64,000 nucleotides of DNA from an uncultured Candidatus Rokubacteria bacterium (GCA_963754315.1 CAVWFS010000019.1:512001-576000); one strand, 5' to 3'; counted from the stretch's first letter, positions 10,600-21,005 are shown. Notes: generated by a model from the sequence alone, not told the origin. Translations and numbers: made by a program.

Positions 10600-11760
10600 C
10601 TACGGCCAGAGCTGATTCTCGGCGAGCGCCTCCAAGAAGGTGGCGATCGGCCACACCTCGATGCCGTCATTCGTCCGCAGACGTCGTGGGCCTCGGAACA
10701 CGAGGAGGCGCCGCACCAGCCCCTTCATCTCCTGAATGGCGCGGAGCCCGCGCAGCTCGTCCGACCCCGCGCGTTGGCCGGTCTTGGTCTCAATGGCGAT
10801 CCACTCGCGCCCCCGCTTCAGGAGAAAGTCCACCTCGGTTCGGGCGGCCTCGGCCGGCGCCCAGTAGAAGCATTCGTCGAACAGCTCGCTGTAGTCGTTG
10901 TGGATACGCAGGAGGTTGGCCACCCATCCCTCGAAGAGGGGCCCCATCTCCTCCGCCGTCGGTGGCGCGAGCTGGCGCTTGAGGGCCCGCACGAGGCCGG
11001 CATCGATCCAGTAGAGCTTCGGATGCCGCTTCTCGCGGACGCGCATCCTGCCCTCGAAAGCCGGAAGGCGGAAGGCCAGGAGCGTATCGGCGATGATCTC
11101 GAGATAGCCGGCTACGGTCGTCCGCGACACCTCGGCATCGCGGGCCAGTCCCGCCACATTCAAGGTCTGGCCGTGAAAGAGCGCGGCGATGGGCAGGAAG
11201 CGGGCGAAGCCGGGAAGATTCCGCACCAGCGCCTCCGCCTGGACCTCTTCCTTCAGGTACATCTGCACGTAGGCCACGAGGGCGTCACGCCGCGATGGCG
11301 CCTGCCAGATGACGGGAAGACTGCCGAAGCTCAGCACGGTGTCGAGGTCGAACGCGCGGCCAAGCTCGGCCGGCACGAACGGGTGCAGGCCGCGGCGAAG
11401 AGCTCGGCCCGCCAGGAGGTTCGTGCCGTGCTGCTTCAGCTTGCGGGCGCTGGAGCCGCACAGCACGAAGCGAAGCCGCCGTTCCTCGATGAATCGGTGG
11501 ACCTCATTCAGGAGAGCGGGGAGCCGCTGGATCTCGTCCAGCACGATCGTGGTGCCGGGCGCCAGCGGGCGCAGCTCGTCCGCGAGTTGGCCAGGACGAG
11601 CCAGGTACGATTGGTAGAGAGCCTCGTCGAGAAGGTCGACCCGATGGGCTTCGGGAAGCTCGTGTCGCACCCAAGTGCTCTTCCCGGTGCCGCGGGGTCC
11701 GAAGAGAAAGAACGATTGTGTCGGAGGTTGGAGCAGGCGCTGGATGTAGTCAAGTGCCAT
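10600..11760 (-). CDS. AAA+ ATPase with C-terminal DUF4143/nuclease-like domain (COG1373)
   Basis: GPRGTGKS Walker A, LDEIQ Walker B, CGSS, LAGR, K.Y..D.G, FE..V, EVDF..IE.K. Confidence 0.88.
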   Translation of the reverse strand: MALDYIQRLLQPPTQSFFLFGPRGTGKSTWVRHELPEAHRVDLLDEALYQSYLARPGQLADELRPLAPGTTIVLDEIQRLPALLNEVHRFIEERRLRFVLCGSSARKLKQHGTNLLAGRALRRGLHPFVPAELGRAFDLDTVLSFGSLPVIWQAPSRRDALVAYVQMYLKEEVQAEALVRNLPGFARFLPIAALFHGQTLNVAGLARDAEVSRTTVAGYLEIIADTLLAFRLPAFEGRMRVREKRHPKLYWIDAGLVRALKRQLAPPTAEEMGPLFEGWVANLLRIHNDYSELFDECFYWAPAEAARTEVDFLLKRGREWIAIETKTGQRAGSDELRGLRAIQEMKGLVRRLLVFRGPRRLRTNDGIEVWPIATFLEALAENQLWP

Positions 11761-11865
11761 ATCGACGTCATTTTACGGCGTTAAATGATGAGGATATATA
11801 CAAATATCCTTGCCAGCAGAGCAGGACATTCTTGCTCTGCGGACGGTGGGCTACACGTGCCGCGC

Positions 11866-12252
11866 CTACAGCGCGAAGACGTCGAACCGCATGGCCCGGG
11901 CGGCGGCAAGGAGTCGGTGGTCGTAGCTGGCCAGTTCGACCCGCTGACCGCTCGAGCGCAAGAAGTCCATCGAGGCCAGATGGAGCGCGTCGAGCGTTCG
12001 CACGGTCGTTGGAAATGGTTCGAGGATGCGGGCCAGCACCGGGGGCGCCAGCTCGATGAGCGAAACGCGGGCGAGCAGCGCCCGCATCTCGTCGCCGTGC
12101 GATGCTCCCAGCCTCTTGGCATGGATGCGGGTCCAGATCTCGTACTCGATGAGCCGGCTCGACACGAGCGTTTCCTGCCAGAGGCGCTCCCGTGGCACGC
12201 GGTCCTCGACGAGGACCTGGGCGAGCGCCACTGAACTGTCGAGGTAGATCAC
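11866..12252 (-). CDS. PIN-domain (VapC-like) toxin
   Basis: IYLDSS, RTLDALHLAS, SYD.RL..AA. Confidence 0.88.
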   Translation of the reverse strand: MIYLDSSVALAQVLVEDRVPRERLWQETLVSSRLIEYEIWTRIHAKRLGASHGDEMRALLARVSLIELAPPVLARILEPFPTTVRTLDALHLASMDFLRSSGQRVELASYDHRLLAAARAMRFDVFAL

Positions 12253-12539
12253 CGGTCCGCGCGGTCGTCCTCGAGCTCACGGAGGAGATCGGCGAGCTTC
12301 ATGACGGGCGCCCTCGGGGGAGGCGTTCCGGGACCTATCGGTGCCGGCGTGATCCACCCGCGACGGACAGCCTCGGCGAGGATCGCGTCCGCCAGGAGCG
12401 GGCTCCGACCCTCGCGCGGTGGCACGAGCTCCGCCACCACTCGGTCTCGGTCCGTGACGAGGATCGTCTCGCCTCCGGCAGCCAGGCGCACGTATTCGCT
12501 GAGCTTGTTCTTGAGGACTTTGAGCCCGACGGCCCGCAT
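12249..12539 (-). CDS. Phd/YefM-family antitoxin
   Basis: VGLK.LKNKLSEYVR....GE.ILVTDR...VAELVP; overlaps the PIN start by 4 bp. Confidence 0.88.
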   Translation of the reverse strand: MRAVGLKVLKNKLSEYVRLAAGGETILVTDRDRVVAELVPPREGRSPLLADAILAEAVRRGWITPAPIGPGTPPPRAPVMKLADLLRELEDDRADR

Positions 12540-12601
12540 GCGCCCAAGGTAGCCTCTGGAAGCTTCTTCGTCAACCGCCGGGCAGACGCTATACTGAGGC
12601 C

Positions 12602-12892
12602 ATGAGGCGCCGGGTCCCGCGCCGCGACCTATTCGACCTCAACCTCGACGATGATCTGAGGGAGTGGTACCTCCTCACCCCTGCCCGGCGGTTCGCGGAG
12701 ACCGAGCGGCTTTGGGCCAACTTCCTTCTGCTGGGAGGCACGAGTGACGCCGGCTTCGATCCGCAGGGTCCTTTCTACTTTCCGCCGGCACCGGACGCAG
12801 GCCCTGCTCATGGGCGGACAAGCGTGCATCCTGTACGGCGGCGCCGAGTTCTCCCGCGACGTCGACTTCGCCGTCGACGTCTCCCCCGCTAA
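12602..12892 (+). CDS. Small hypothetical protein, probable partner of the downstream nucleotidyltransferase
   Basis: EWYLLTPARRF.E..RLW pattern; TATACT 6 nt upstream of ATG; 3' half overlaps next ORF and may be non-functional. Confidence 0.5.
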   Translation: MRRRVPRRDLFDLNLDDDLREWYLLTPARRFAETERLWANFLLLGGTSDAGFDPQGPFYFPPAPDAGPAHGRTSVHPVRRRRVLPRRRLRRRRLPR

Positions 12893-13496
12893 CCTGCGGC
12901 GTCTGCAAGGGGCCCTGCGCGAGCAGAAGGCGGAACCCATCTTCTTTCCGCCGCTGTCTGCCGCGGCGCTGCGGCGGGGTCACGCCTGTCACTTCCGCTG
13001 CGGTGCGCCGGCCACGCGCGGGCTTCGCGTAGACGTCATGGGCCGGATGCGAGGAGCGCCGTCCTTCGGACGTCTCTGGTCGCGGCGCACCGAGGTGCGG
13101 ATCCCCGGTGTGGGACCGGTGTCCGTTGTTTCGCTTGAGGATCTCGTCCGGATCAAGAAGACTCAGCGCGACAAGGACTGGGCCATGATCGCCCGCCTGC
13201 TTGAGGCCGATATCGCGCAACACGACTGGAGTGCAAACATCCGTCGCATCCGGTTCTGGCTGGGCGAATGTCGGACTCCGGCTATGTTGATCGAACTTGC
13301 CCGGCGGTTTCCGGCCCAAGCCCGACGAGAGTCACGACGCCGGGTGGCCCTGCGAGCCGCGGTGCGCGGCGACGAGAAGGGAATCCGAGAGGGCCTTCGC
13401 CGGGAACAAGAACGTGAGCGAAGTGCGGACCGCCGCTACTGGGCGCCCCTCCGACGTGAGCTGGAGCGGATGCGCCTGGGCCGGGAGCGCCTCTAA
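12744..13496 (+). CDS. Nucleotidyltransferase-fold protein
   Basis: LLMGGQA..LYG....SRD.D, third Asp RVDVM, DLV..KKTQRDKD. Confidence 0.75.
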   Translation: MTPASIRRVLSTFRRHRTQALLMGGQACILYGGAEFSRDVDFAVDVSPANLRRLQGALREQKAEPIFFPPLSAAALRRGHACHFRCGAPATRGLRVDVMGRMRGAPSFGRLWSRRTEVRIPGVGPVSVVSLEDLVRIKKTQRDKDWAMIARLLEADIAQHDWSANIRRIRFWLGECRTPAMLIELARRFPAQARRESRRRVALRAAVRGDEKGIREGLRREQERERSADRRYWAPLRRELERMRLGRERL

Positions 13497-13730
13497 CCCG
13501 AGCGCCGGCGGGCAGCGCCCGGATGGCGACAGCGAGGCCCTTTGGGCGGAAGCGGAGCCTGCACAGAAACCCTCCTGGCCCGACCGCACGTCCAACCAGA
13601 AACCAGCCTCTCGCTCGGCGGTCGCGCTTGCGACGGGGGAGGCCCAGGTATAGGGTCGTAGCGCGGCCCCCAAGGGCCCGGAAACTGCCGTAAACTAACG
13701 ATCGAAAACTCGAGATCGAGAGGACCTGCC

Positions 13731-14861
13731 ATGGCCGAAGGATCTCAGCTCATCCGCGGGCTCGAAGGTGTCGTGGCTGCCGAAACCAAGCTCTGCGATC
13801 TCGACGGCGCCAACGCGCGCCTCGCCTACGGCGGTTACAGCATCGACGATCTCGCCCGTCAGGCCACGTTCGAGGAAGTGTGCTACCTCCTGTGGTACGG
13901 CGAGCTCCCCAGGGCCGCCCAGCTCGACCGGATCACCACGGAACTGATCGCTGCCCGTGAGATCCCCACTGCTCTGCTCGACGCCTTCCGCCTGATGCCC
14001 AAGGACACGGATCCCATGCGCGTCCTGCAGGCGGCCACGGCTGTGCTCGGCATGCACGACCCCGACACGACCGACAATGCTCATGCCGCCAACCTGCGCA
14101 AGGCCATTCGTCTCACGAGCCAGTTCGCCACCGCCATCTGCGCTCACCATCGCGTCCGCAGCGGCCAGGATCCAGTACCACCCGCGCCGGATCTCTCCCA
14201 TGCGGCAAACTTTCTCTACATGCTGAGTGGCAAGCGTCCCTCGGCCGTCACCGTGAAGGCCGTCGACGCCTCCCTGACCCTCTACGCCGAGCACGAGCTG
14301 AACGCTTCGACCACTACCACCCGGGTCATCGCCTCGACCCAGTCGGACATGCACTCGGCGGTGGCGGGCGGCGTGGGCGCCCTCAAGGGCACTCTGCACG
14401 GCGGCGCCGGCGAGGCGGTCATGCGCACGCTCATGGAGATCGGGGAGGTGGCCAACGTCGATTCGTTCGCCGAGCGCGCGCTGGCCGAGAAGCGGCGGCT
14501 GATGGGCTTCGGGCACCGCGTGTATCGCGCCGGCGATCCACGGGCAGCCATCCTGAGAGGGATGGCCGAGGAGGCCTGCCGCCAGTCCGGCCAGTTCAAG
14601 TGGTACGAGATGGCCGTGAAGCTGCACGATCGCATCGGCAAGGCCAAGGGCCTTATCCCGAACGTCGACTTCTACTCGGCGCCCCTCTTCTATTCCCTCG
14701 GCATTCCCGTCGATCTCTTCACCCCGGTCATCGCGGCCGGCCGCGTCGCCGGATGGACCGCCAACATCATCGAGCAGCACGACGACAACCGCCTCATCCG
14801 GCCGCGCGCCGAGTACGTCGGGCCCCGGGCGCGGGCCTGGGTGCCGCGCGGCCAACGCTGA
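13731..14861 (+). CDS. Citrate/2-methylcitrate synthase
   Basis: GLEGV, EHELNAST, LHGGA, MGFGHRVY...DPR, PNVDFY. Confidence 0.92.
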   Translation: MAEGSQLIRGLEGVVAAETKLCDLDGANARLAYGGYSIDDLARQATFEEVCYLLWYGELPRAAQLDRITTELIAAREIPTALLDAFRLMPKDTDPMRVLQAATAVLGMHDPDTTDNAHAANLRKAIRLTSQFATAICAHHRVRSGQDPVPPAPDLSHAANFLYMLSGKRPSAVTVKAVDASLTLYAEHELNASTTTTRVIASTQSDMHSAVAGGVGALKGTLHGGAGEAVMRTLMEIGEVANVDSFAERALAEKRRLMGFGHRVYRAGDPRAAILRGMAEEACRQSGQFKWYEMAVKLHDRIGKAKGLIPNVDFYSAPLFYSLGIPVDLFTPVIAAGRVAGWTANIIEQHDDNRLIRPRAEYVGPRARAWVPRGQR

Positions 14862-14864
14862 GCG

Positions 14865-16787
14865 ATGGGCAAGAGCCTCACGCGCAAGCTCATCGAGCAG
14901 CGCCTCGTCGCCGGCAAGCCCATAGTCGGCGAGGAAATCGGGATCACCATCGACCAGGTGCTGTTGACGGACACCAACGGGTCCGGGGCCCTCCTGCAGT
15001 TCGAGGCCATGGGGCTCTCGCGGGTGGTGCCCCGGCGAGCGGTGGCCTACATCGACCACAACGTCTACCAGGTCGATTCGCGCAATTCCGACGACCACCG
15101 GTACATGCAGACAGCCGCGCGGCGCTACGGGGCTGTCTTTTCCAAGCCCGGCAATGGCATCTGCCACCAGGTGCACCTGGAGAGTTTCTCCACTCCTGGG
15201 GAAGCGCTGCTCGGTACCGACAGCCACACGCCGTTGTGCGGCGCGGCCGGGATGCTCGCCATCGGCGCCGGCGGTCTCGACGTGGCGGTGGCCATGGGGG
15301 GCGGCGCGTACTACCTCACCATGCCCGCCGTGGTCCGCGTATGGCTCACCGGCACGCTCTCCCCCTGGGTGACGGCGAAGGACGTCATCCTCGAGCTGCT
15401 CCGCCGGTTCTCTGTGCGCGGCGGCAGCGGGAAGATCTTCGAGTACGCCGGCCCCGGGGTGGCCACGCTCTCGCTCCCCCAGCGCATGACCATCGCCAAC
15501 ATGGGCGCCGAGCTGACCTTGACCACGAGCGTCTTCCCGAGCGACGAACGGACGCGCGAGTACTTCGTCCGCCTCGGCCGCGAGGCCGAGTGGAGCGCGC
15601 AGGTGCCCGACCCTGACGCGGAGTACGACGAGTACCTTGAGCTGGATCTCTCGACCGTCGAGCCCCTGGTGGCTCTCCCTGGCTCGCCCGATCGCGTGGT
15701 TCCTGTCGGCGAGGTAGCGGGGACCGCCGTCGAGCAGGTGATGGTGGGCTCGTGCACCAACGGATCGTGGGAGGACATGTGGGCCGTCACCGAGGTCATG
15801 CGCGGCCGGCGCGTCCATCCGTCGACGTCGTTCGTGCTGTTCCCGGGCAGTCACCGGATTCTGGAAACGATGGCGCGCGAGGGACTGCTCGCCGACCTCC
15901 TGGCTGCCGGCGCCCTCGTCTCCGAGCCCTCCTGCGGCTCGTGCGCGGGCATTGGTCACGTGCCGGCCAGCGGGGCCAAAAGCCTGCGCGCCTTCAACCG
16001 CAATTTCTCCGGCCGCAGCGGAGCCAAGGGCGATGAGGTCTATCTCTGCTCGTCGGTGCTGGCAGCAGCCTCCGCGCTGACGGGGACCATCACCGATCCA
16101 CGAACCTTAGGCCCGCGGGCGGCCACGCGGATGCCCGACCGCTTTGTGACCTCGACGGTTGGGCTGGTCATGCCCGATGGACAGGGAGAGGTCGTACGCG
16201 GTCCGAACATCAAGGCGGTGCCGCTCGGGGAGCCGGTGGCGGAGACCTTGGAGGCGCCCGTCCTCCTCAAGCTCGGTGACAAAGTCTCGACGGACGACAT
16301 CTCCCCGTCAGGATCGGCCGTACTGGTCTTCCGGACCAACGTTCCCGCCATCGCCGAGTTCTCCTTCCGCAACGTCGATGCCGAGTTCGTGGCGCGGGCC
16401 AAGGCGGCCGGACGCGGCATCATCGTCGGGGGAGAGATCTACGGCCAGGGCTCGTCGCGCGAGGCGGCGGTCCTCGGACCCATGCACCTCGGCGTTCGCG
16501 CGGTCATCGCCAAGTCGTTCGCCCGCATCCACCGCGCCAATCTCATCAACTGGGGGCTGGTACCCCTGGTCTTCGACGATCCGGCCGCCTGGGATGGGAT
16601 CGATCGTGACGATTGCCTGCGTCTCGACGGCCTGCGCTCGGCGCTGGCGGCCGGGACCAAGATCAGGGTGACCAACGTCCGAAACGGGACCGAGTTCACG
16701 GTCTCGTGCGTGCTGACACCGCGTGAGCGCGACATCCTGCTTTCGGGGGGCGTGCTTGCCCACACGCGCGGCGGGCCGACCAAGTGA
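14865..16787 (+). CDS. Aconitate hydratase (short, ~640-aa type)
   Basis: DHN, GICHQ, DSHT, GSCTN, CGSC, NRNF, STDDISP, YGQGSSRE, SFARIH..NL. Confidence 0.9.
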   Translation: MGKSLTRKLIEQRLVAGKPIVGEEIGITIDQVLLTDTNGSGALLQFEAMGLSRVVPRRAVAYIDHNVYQVDSRNSDDHRYMQTAARRYGAVFSKPGNGICHQVHLESFSTPGEALLGTDSHTPLCGAAGMLAIGAGGLDVAVAMGGGAYYLTMPAVVRVWLTGTLSPWVTAKDVILELLRRFSVRGGSGKIFEYAGPGVATLSLPQRMTIANMGAELTLTTSVFPSDERTREYFVRLGREAEWSAQVPDPDAEYDEYLELDLSTVEPLVALPGSPDRVVPVGEVAGTAVEQVMVGSCTNGSWEDMWAVTEVMRGRRVHPSTSFVLFPGSHRILETMAREGLLADLLAAGALVSEPSCGSCAGIGHVPASGAKSLRAFNRNFSGRSGAKGDEVYLCSSVLAAASALTGTITDPRTLGPRAATRMPDRFVTSTVGLVMPDGQGEVVRGPNIKAVPLGEPVAETLEAPVLLKLGDKVSTDDISPSGSAVLVFRTNVPAIAEFSFRNVDAEFVARAKAAGRGIIVGGEIYGQGSSREAAVLGPMHLGVRAVIAKSFARIHRANLINWGLVPLVFDDPAAWDGIDRDDCLRLDGLRSALAAGTKIRVTNVRNGTEFTVSCVLTPRERDILLSGGVLAHTRGGPTK

Positions 16788-16809
16788 GATTCGAGAGGAT
16801 ACACACACC

Positions 16810-17907
16810 ATGACCCAGCGACGAATTCGCGCCGTCTTCATGCGAGGCGGTACCAGCCGCTGCCTCTTCTTCCACGAGGCCGACCTGCCCGAGGCGGGTC
16901 CCGAGCGGGACCGGATTCTTCTGAGCGCGCTGGGCAGCCCGGATCCCAGCGGGCGTCAGCTCAACGGCCTGGGCGGCGGCATCTCGTCGCTTTCCAAGGC
17001 ATGCATCATCGGGCCGGCCACCCACCCCGAGGCTGATGTGGACTTCACGTTTGCCCAGGTCGAGGTGCGCGTGCCCGTGGTCGACTACAAGGCCAACTGC
17101 GGCAATTGCTCGTCGGCCGTCGGGCCCTTCGCTATCGACGAGGGCCTCGTCAAGGCGATCGACGGCGAAACGTGTGTCCGCATCTACAACACCAACACGC
17201 ATAAGCTCATCGTGGCCCGTGTCCCCGTGAAGGATGGCGAGGCGGCGGTGGAGGGCGACTTCGCCCTGGCGGGTGTCCCGGGACTGGGCGCGCGTATTGC
17301 GCTCGACTTCCTCGAGCCGGGCGGGGCCGGCACCGGACGTCTGCTTCCCAGTGGAGCGTCGCGTGAGGTGGTGGGTGGTCTAGAGGCCACCATGGTGGAC
17401 GCCTCCAACCCCGTGGTGTTCGTTCGCGCCAAGGACCTCGGCCTCATCGGCACCGAGAAGCCAGAGGCCATCGACGCCGACGGTCCCCTGAGCGCGCGGC
17501 TGGAAGCCATCCGGGTGGAGGCGGCCGAGCGAATGGGGATCCCTGGCAGCACGTCGGTACCGAAGGTGGCCATGGTGGCGCGCCCCACGTCGTTTGCCGC
17601 TCTCGACGGCACCACCCACCACGAGGACGACGTCGATGTCGTCGCGCGCGTGATCTCCATGGGAAACTGCCACCGCGCTTTCGCGCTGACGGCCGCCATG
17701 TGCCTGGCCGTGGCCGCTCGCGTCGAGGGCAGCGTGGTTCAGGAGTGCACGGCGTCCGCGCGCGGCGACGTCCGCCTCGGCCATCCCTCCGGCATCCTGC
17801 CCATTGCCGCCTCCGTCAGCACGCGTGACGGTCGGCCGTGGGCCGAGAAGGTCACGGTGTATCGCACGGCGCGCCGTCTCATGGAAGGGTTCGTGAGAGT
17901 GCCGTGA
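16810..17907 (+). CDS. prpF: PrpF/FldA-family aconitate-type isomerase
   Basis: MRGGTS, GSPDP..RQ..GLGGG.SS.SK, NCGN, GHPSG, YRTARRLMEG. Confidence 0.88.
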   Translation: MTQRRIRAVFMRGGTSRCLFFHEADLPEAGPERDRILLSALGSPDPSGRQLNGLGGGISSLSKACIIGPATHPEADVDFTFAQVEVRVPVVDYKANCGNCSSAVGPFAIDEGLVKAIDGETCVRIYNTNTHKLIVARVPVKDGEAAVEGDFALAGVPGLGARIALDFLEPGGAGTGRLLPSGASREVVGGLEATMVDASNPVVFVRAKDLGLIGTEKPEAIDADGPLSARLEAIRVEAAERMGIPGSTSVPKVAMVARPTSFAALDGTTHHEDDVDVVARVISMGNCHRAFALTAAMCLAVAARVEGSVVQECTASARGDVRLGHPSGILPIAASVSTRDGRPWAEKVTVYRTARRLMEGFVRVP

Positions 17908-17947
17908 CCGAGGACGGCGGCGCCCGCTGAGCCCCGCGGGCGACACC

Positions 17948-19315
17948 ATGGACCGCTTCTACCGGGGGCTCCGTGCCGTCGGCCGCTTCTGGCTGTGGTT
18001 CTTCTTCAAGCGCGTGGACGTGCGTCATCTCGAACGCGTCTCTATCGACGGGCCCGTACTCCTGTGCATCAACCACCCCAATAACCTGATCGACTCGCTG
18101 CTGGTCAGCGCCGTCCTCCCCCGCAAGGTGCACTACCTGACCACGGCCGCGCTCTTCCGGAATCCTCTCTTGGCCCGCTTCCTCCGGGCAGTCGGCGCCA
18201 TCCCCGTGTACCGCCGTCAGGACGATCCCGATAAGATGGATCGCAACGTGGACGCCTTCGCCGCCTGCCACGCCGCCTTCGACGGCGGTCACGTGGTCGC
18301 CATCTATCCGGAAGGCACCACCCACGCCGAGACGCGGGTTCAACGCATCAAGACCGGCGCCGCCCGCATCGCGCTCGAGTACGAAGAGCGCCGGCCCCAG
18401 GCCCTCGTCCTCCTTCCCCTCGGCCTGACCTTCGAGGCACGCAAGTCGTTTCGCGCACGCGTGCTCGTCTCATTCGGGCCGCCGCTGCCGGTTCATCCCT
18501 ACCTCTCCGCCTATCGGGAGGATCCGGCCAAGGCGGTGGACGGGCTCACCACTGCCATCCAGTACGCCATGGAAGCCCAGGTCGTCCATGTCGACCGAAT
18601 CGACGACACTGCCATCATCCGAGCCGTCGAGCAGCTCTATCGTGACGAGCTGGTGCGAGAGCTCCGCGAACAGCGCGGGGTCGGGGACCAAGAGGTCGAC
18701 ATGCTGCGCCTCTCTCGTTCAATCGTCGACGCCGTCCATCACTTCAAGACGCGCGACCCCGAGCGGGTCACGCAAATCTGGCAGAGCATCCAGGGGTACC
18801 GTGCCCTGCTCGCGGAGTATCGTGTGCGCGACGAAAGCGTGCGCGCGCGCCTGAGCCGGCCACGTTTGCCGCGTCGGCTGCTCACACCCTGGGAGGCCGT
18901 GCTGGGCTTCCCCATCTTCGCCTATGGGGCCCTCGTCAACGCCCTGCCCTACTACGTGCCCCGCTGGCTGGCTCAGCAGACAGCGCGCAAGGAGACCGAC
19001 TACGCCACCACCCGCTTTCTCGCCAGTATCGTGGCCTATCCCGTATTCTGGGGACTCGAGATCTGGCTGGTGTGGCTCGCCCTGGGCTGGCGCCTGGCGC
19101 TGCTGTTCGCGCTGACGTTGCCCGTCAGCGGGCTGATCGCCTACCGCTACCTGGTCGGGGCCGGCCGGTTGCGCAGCCAGTTCCGGCTCGGCATGCTTGC
19201 CCTACGTCAGGGGGCGGTGGCCAAGCGGTTGGTGGCCGAACGGCAGGAGTTGATGGCCAAGCTGGAGCGCGCCAAGAACGACTACATGGCCGCCAGCAGG
19301 AGGAGCACGTCGTGA
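17948..19315 (+). CDS. Lysophospholipid/glycerol acyltransferase with C-terminal TM segments
   Basis: NHPNNLID (H-x4-D), IYPEGT, KTGAAR. Confidence 0.85.
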   Translation: MDRFYRGLRAVGRFWLWFFFKRVDVRHLERVSIDGPVLLCINHPNNLIDSLLVSAVLPRKVHYLTTAALFRNPLLARFLRAVGAIPVYRRQDDPDKMDRNVDAFAACHAAFDGGHVVAIYPEGTTHAETRVQRIKTGAARIALEYEERRPQALVLLPLGLTFEARKSFRARVLVSFGPPLPVHPYLSAYREDPAKAVDGLTTAIQYAMEAQVVHVDRIDDTAIIRAVEQLYRDELVRELREQRGVGDQEVDMLRLSRSIVDAVHHFKTRDPERVTQIWQSIQGYRALLAEYRVRDESVRARLSRPRLPRRLLTPWEAVLGFPIFAYGALVNALPYYVPRWLAQQTARKETDYATTRFLASIVAYPVFWGLEIWLVWLALGWRLALLFALTLPVSGLIAYRYLVGAGRLRSQFRLGMLALRQGAVAKRLVAERQELMAKLERAKNDYMAASRRSTS

Positions 19316-20262
19316 GCGTGTACCGGCTGGAAGAAATGTCGATGCCCGGCCTCGACGCGCTGGACCGCGCGCGCACCTTGGTGATCCTCACCGTGAGCCC
19401 GCTCGAGGAGCACGGGCCGCACCTGCCCTTGGGGGTGGACGCCTTCACCGCGCGGTACTTCGCGGAGCTGATCGCGGACCGCCTGGTGACGGCCCGATCC
19501 GGATGGTCCGTCGTGCTTGCTCCCACCTTGTACCTCGGCTCCTTCACTTTCGAGGCGGTGGGCACCGTGAGCGTCCGCCAGCGGGTTGTGCGTGACGCCG
19601 TTGTTGACTACGGACTGTCGCTAGCCCGCGGCGGCTTTCGCTACATTCTCGTCGCCAACGGCCATGCCGGCCCGACCCACCTCACCGCGCTCGACGAGGC
19701 ATCGGCCATGGTGGCCCGGCGCCATCGCGTCACCATGGCCTCCCTGAGCGGTCACCTCGCCTGGGGCTTTCGCAATGGCCGATTCCTCGATGACGTCCAG
19801 GGCGCATTGGGACGTCCGCTGAGCGAGGCCGAGCGCAAGGCCTTTGCCGAAGACGCCCATGGAGGCTGGTGGGAGACGTCGATGATGTTGATGCTCCATC
19901 CACACCTGGTCGACGGAATCTATCGCGATCTTCCTGCCGCGATCTACTCGCTGCCCGCGCGGCTTCGACCCAACTACCCGTTGCGCGATGGGGGTCAGGG
20001 GTACGTGGGCCATCCCGCCATGGCCGACGTCGATTTCGCCAAGGCCACCACCGAGGTCCTCGTGAACGCCAGCCTCGAGCTGGTCAACGGCCTCATCGAC
20101 GGCACCGTCGAGGCCTCTCGGCGGCGCTCGCCGTTCAGTCTCGTCCCCTTCTTCCGCACAGACTTCTGGCCAGTCGCGGCGGGCGGCGCCGCTCTCGCCG
20201 TCGCCGTGCTCTCGACGGCAGCCCTCGTCCGGTATCGCGCGCATCACCGCCGCTCGTCGTGA
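19312..20262 (+). CDS. Creatininase family protein with C-terminal TM helix
   Basis: E.HGPHLP..D, NGH.G, HGG..ETS; GTG start overlaps previous stop. Confidence 0.85.
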   Translation: MSVYRLEEMSMPGLDALDRARTLVILTVSPLEEHGPHLPLGVDAFTARYFAELIADRLVTARSGWSVVLAPTLYLGSFTFEAVGTVSVRQRVVRDAVVDYGLSLARGGFRYILVANGHAGPTHLTALDEASAMVARRHRVTMASLSGHLAWGFRNGRFLDDVQGALGRPLSEAERKAFAEDAHGGWWETSMMLMLHPHLVDGIYRDLPAAIYSLPARLRPNYPLRDGGQGYVGHPAMADVDFAKATTEVLVNASLELVNGLIDGTVEASRRRSPFSLVPFFRTDFWPVAAGGAALAVAVLSTAALVRYRAHHRRSS

Positions 20263-21005
20263 TCGACCTCGAGTCGAACGACGGGGTGACCTGGCTGTAT
20301 CTGAATCGTCCCGCGGCGCTCAACGCGCTGAACCGCCCGTTGACGGCCGCCCTCGATCACGCGCTGGACGAGGTCGCGGCGCGAGAGGACGTCCGCGTCC
20401 TCATCGTGGCCGGCCGCGGCCGCGCCTTCTGCGCGGGTAACGACATTGCCGAGATGGCCACGCTCTCCCCGAGCGATGCCGAAGCGCTGGCTACGACTCA
20501 AGCGCACCTCATGGAACGTTTCGCTCGGTTGCCCCAGGTGACCTTGGCGGCCGTGGAAGGCCACGCGCTCGGCGGCGGCTGCATGCTCGCCCTTGCCCAG
20601 GACCTCCGCCTCGCCTCCGACCGTGCACGCTTCGGCCTGCCCGAAGTCACGCTCGGCTTCAATCCTGCCTACGGCATCGCGCGCCTGCTCGACGTGGTGG
20701 GCGGCGGCGTGGCCCGTGAACTCCTGCTTACACCACGTGTCCTGCGCGCGCAGGATGCACTACGCCTTGGTCTGGTGAACCGCGTGGTGGCGGCGGCGAC
20801 CCTGCACGAGACCGCCGACATGTGGGCGAGGGAGATCGCCCGAGCACCGCGCGCTGGCCTGGCCGCCACCAAGCGCATCGTCGCGAGTCTCCGCTCCGGC
20901 CAGGCGGGGCGCGAGCCCGAGGCGTACGCAACGGCGCTGGGCACCGTCGAGGCCCAAGCGCGGCTGCAGGCCTTTCTCGCGCGCAGGAGCCTCCCGCACT
21001 GTTGA
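20259..21005 (+). CDS. Enoyl-CoA hydratase/isomerase
   Basis: LNRP..LNAL, AFCAG.D, ALGGG, FGLPE..LG. Confidence 0.9.
   Translation: MIDLESNDGVTWLYLNRPAALNALNRPLTAALDHALDEVAAREDVRVLIVAGRGRAFCAGNDIAEMATLSPSDAEALATTQAHLMERFARLPQVTLAAVEGHALGGGCMLALAQDLRLASDRARFGLPEVTLGFNPAYGIARLLDVVGGGVARELLLTPRVLRAQDALRLGLVNRVVAAATLHETADMWAREIARAPRAGLAATKRIVASLRSGQAGREPEAYATALGTVEAQARLQAFLARRSLPHC

Noticed and set aside
13490..13560. attC after the nucleotidyltransferase gene (CTCTAAC overlapping the stop)
   Set aside because: No matching GTT box or paired L arms downstream.
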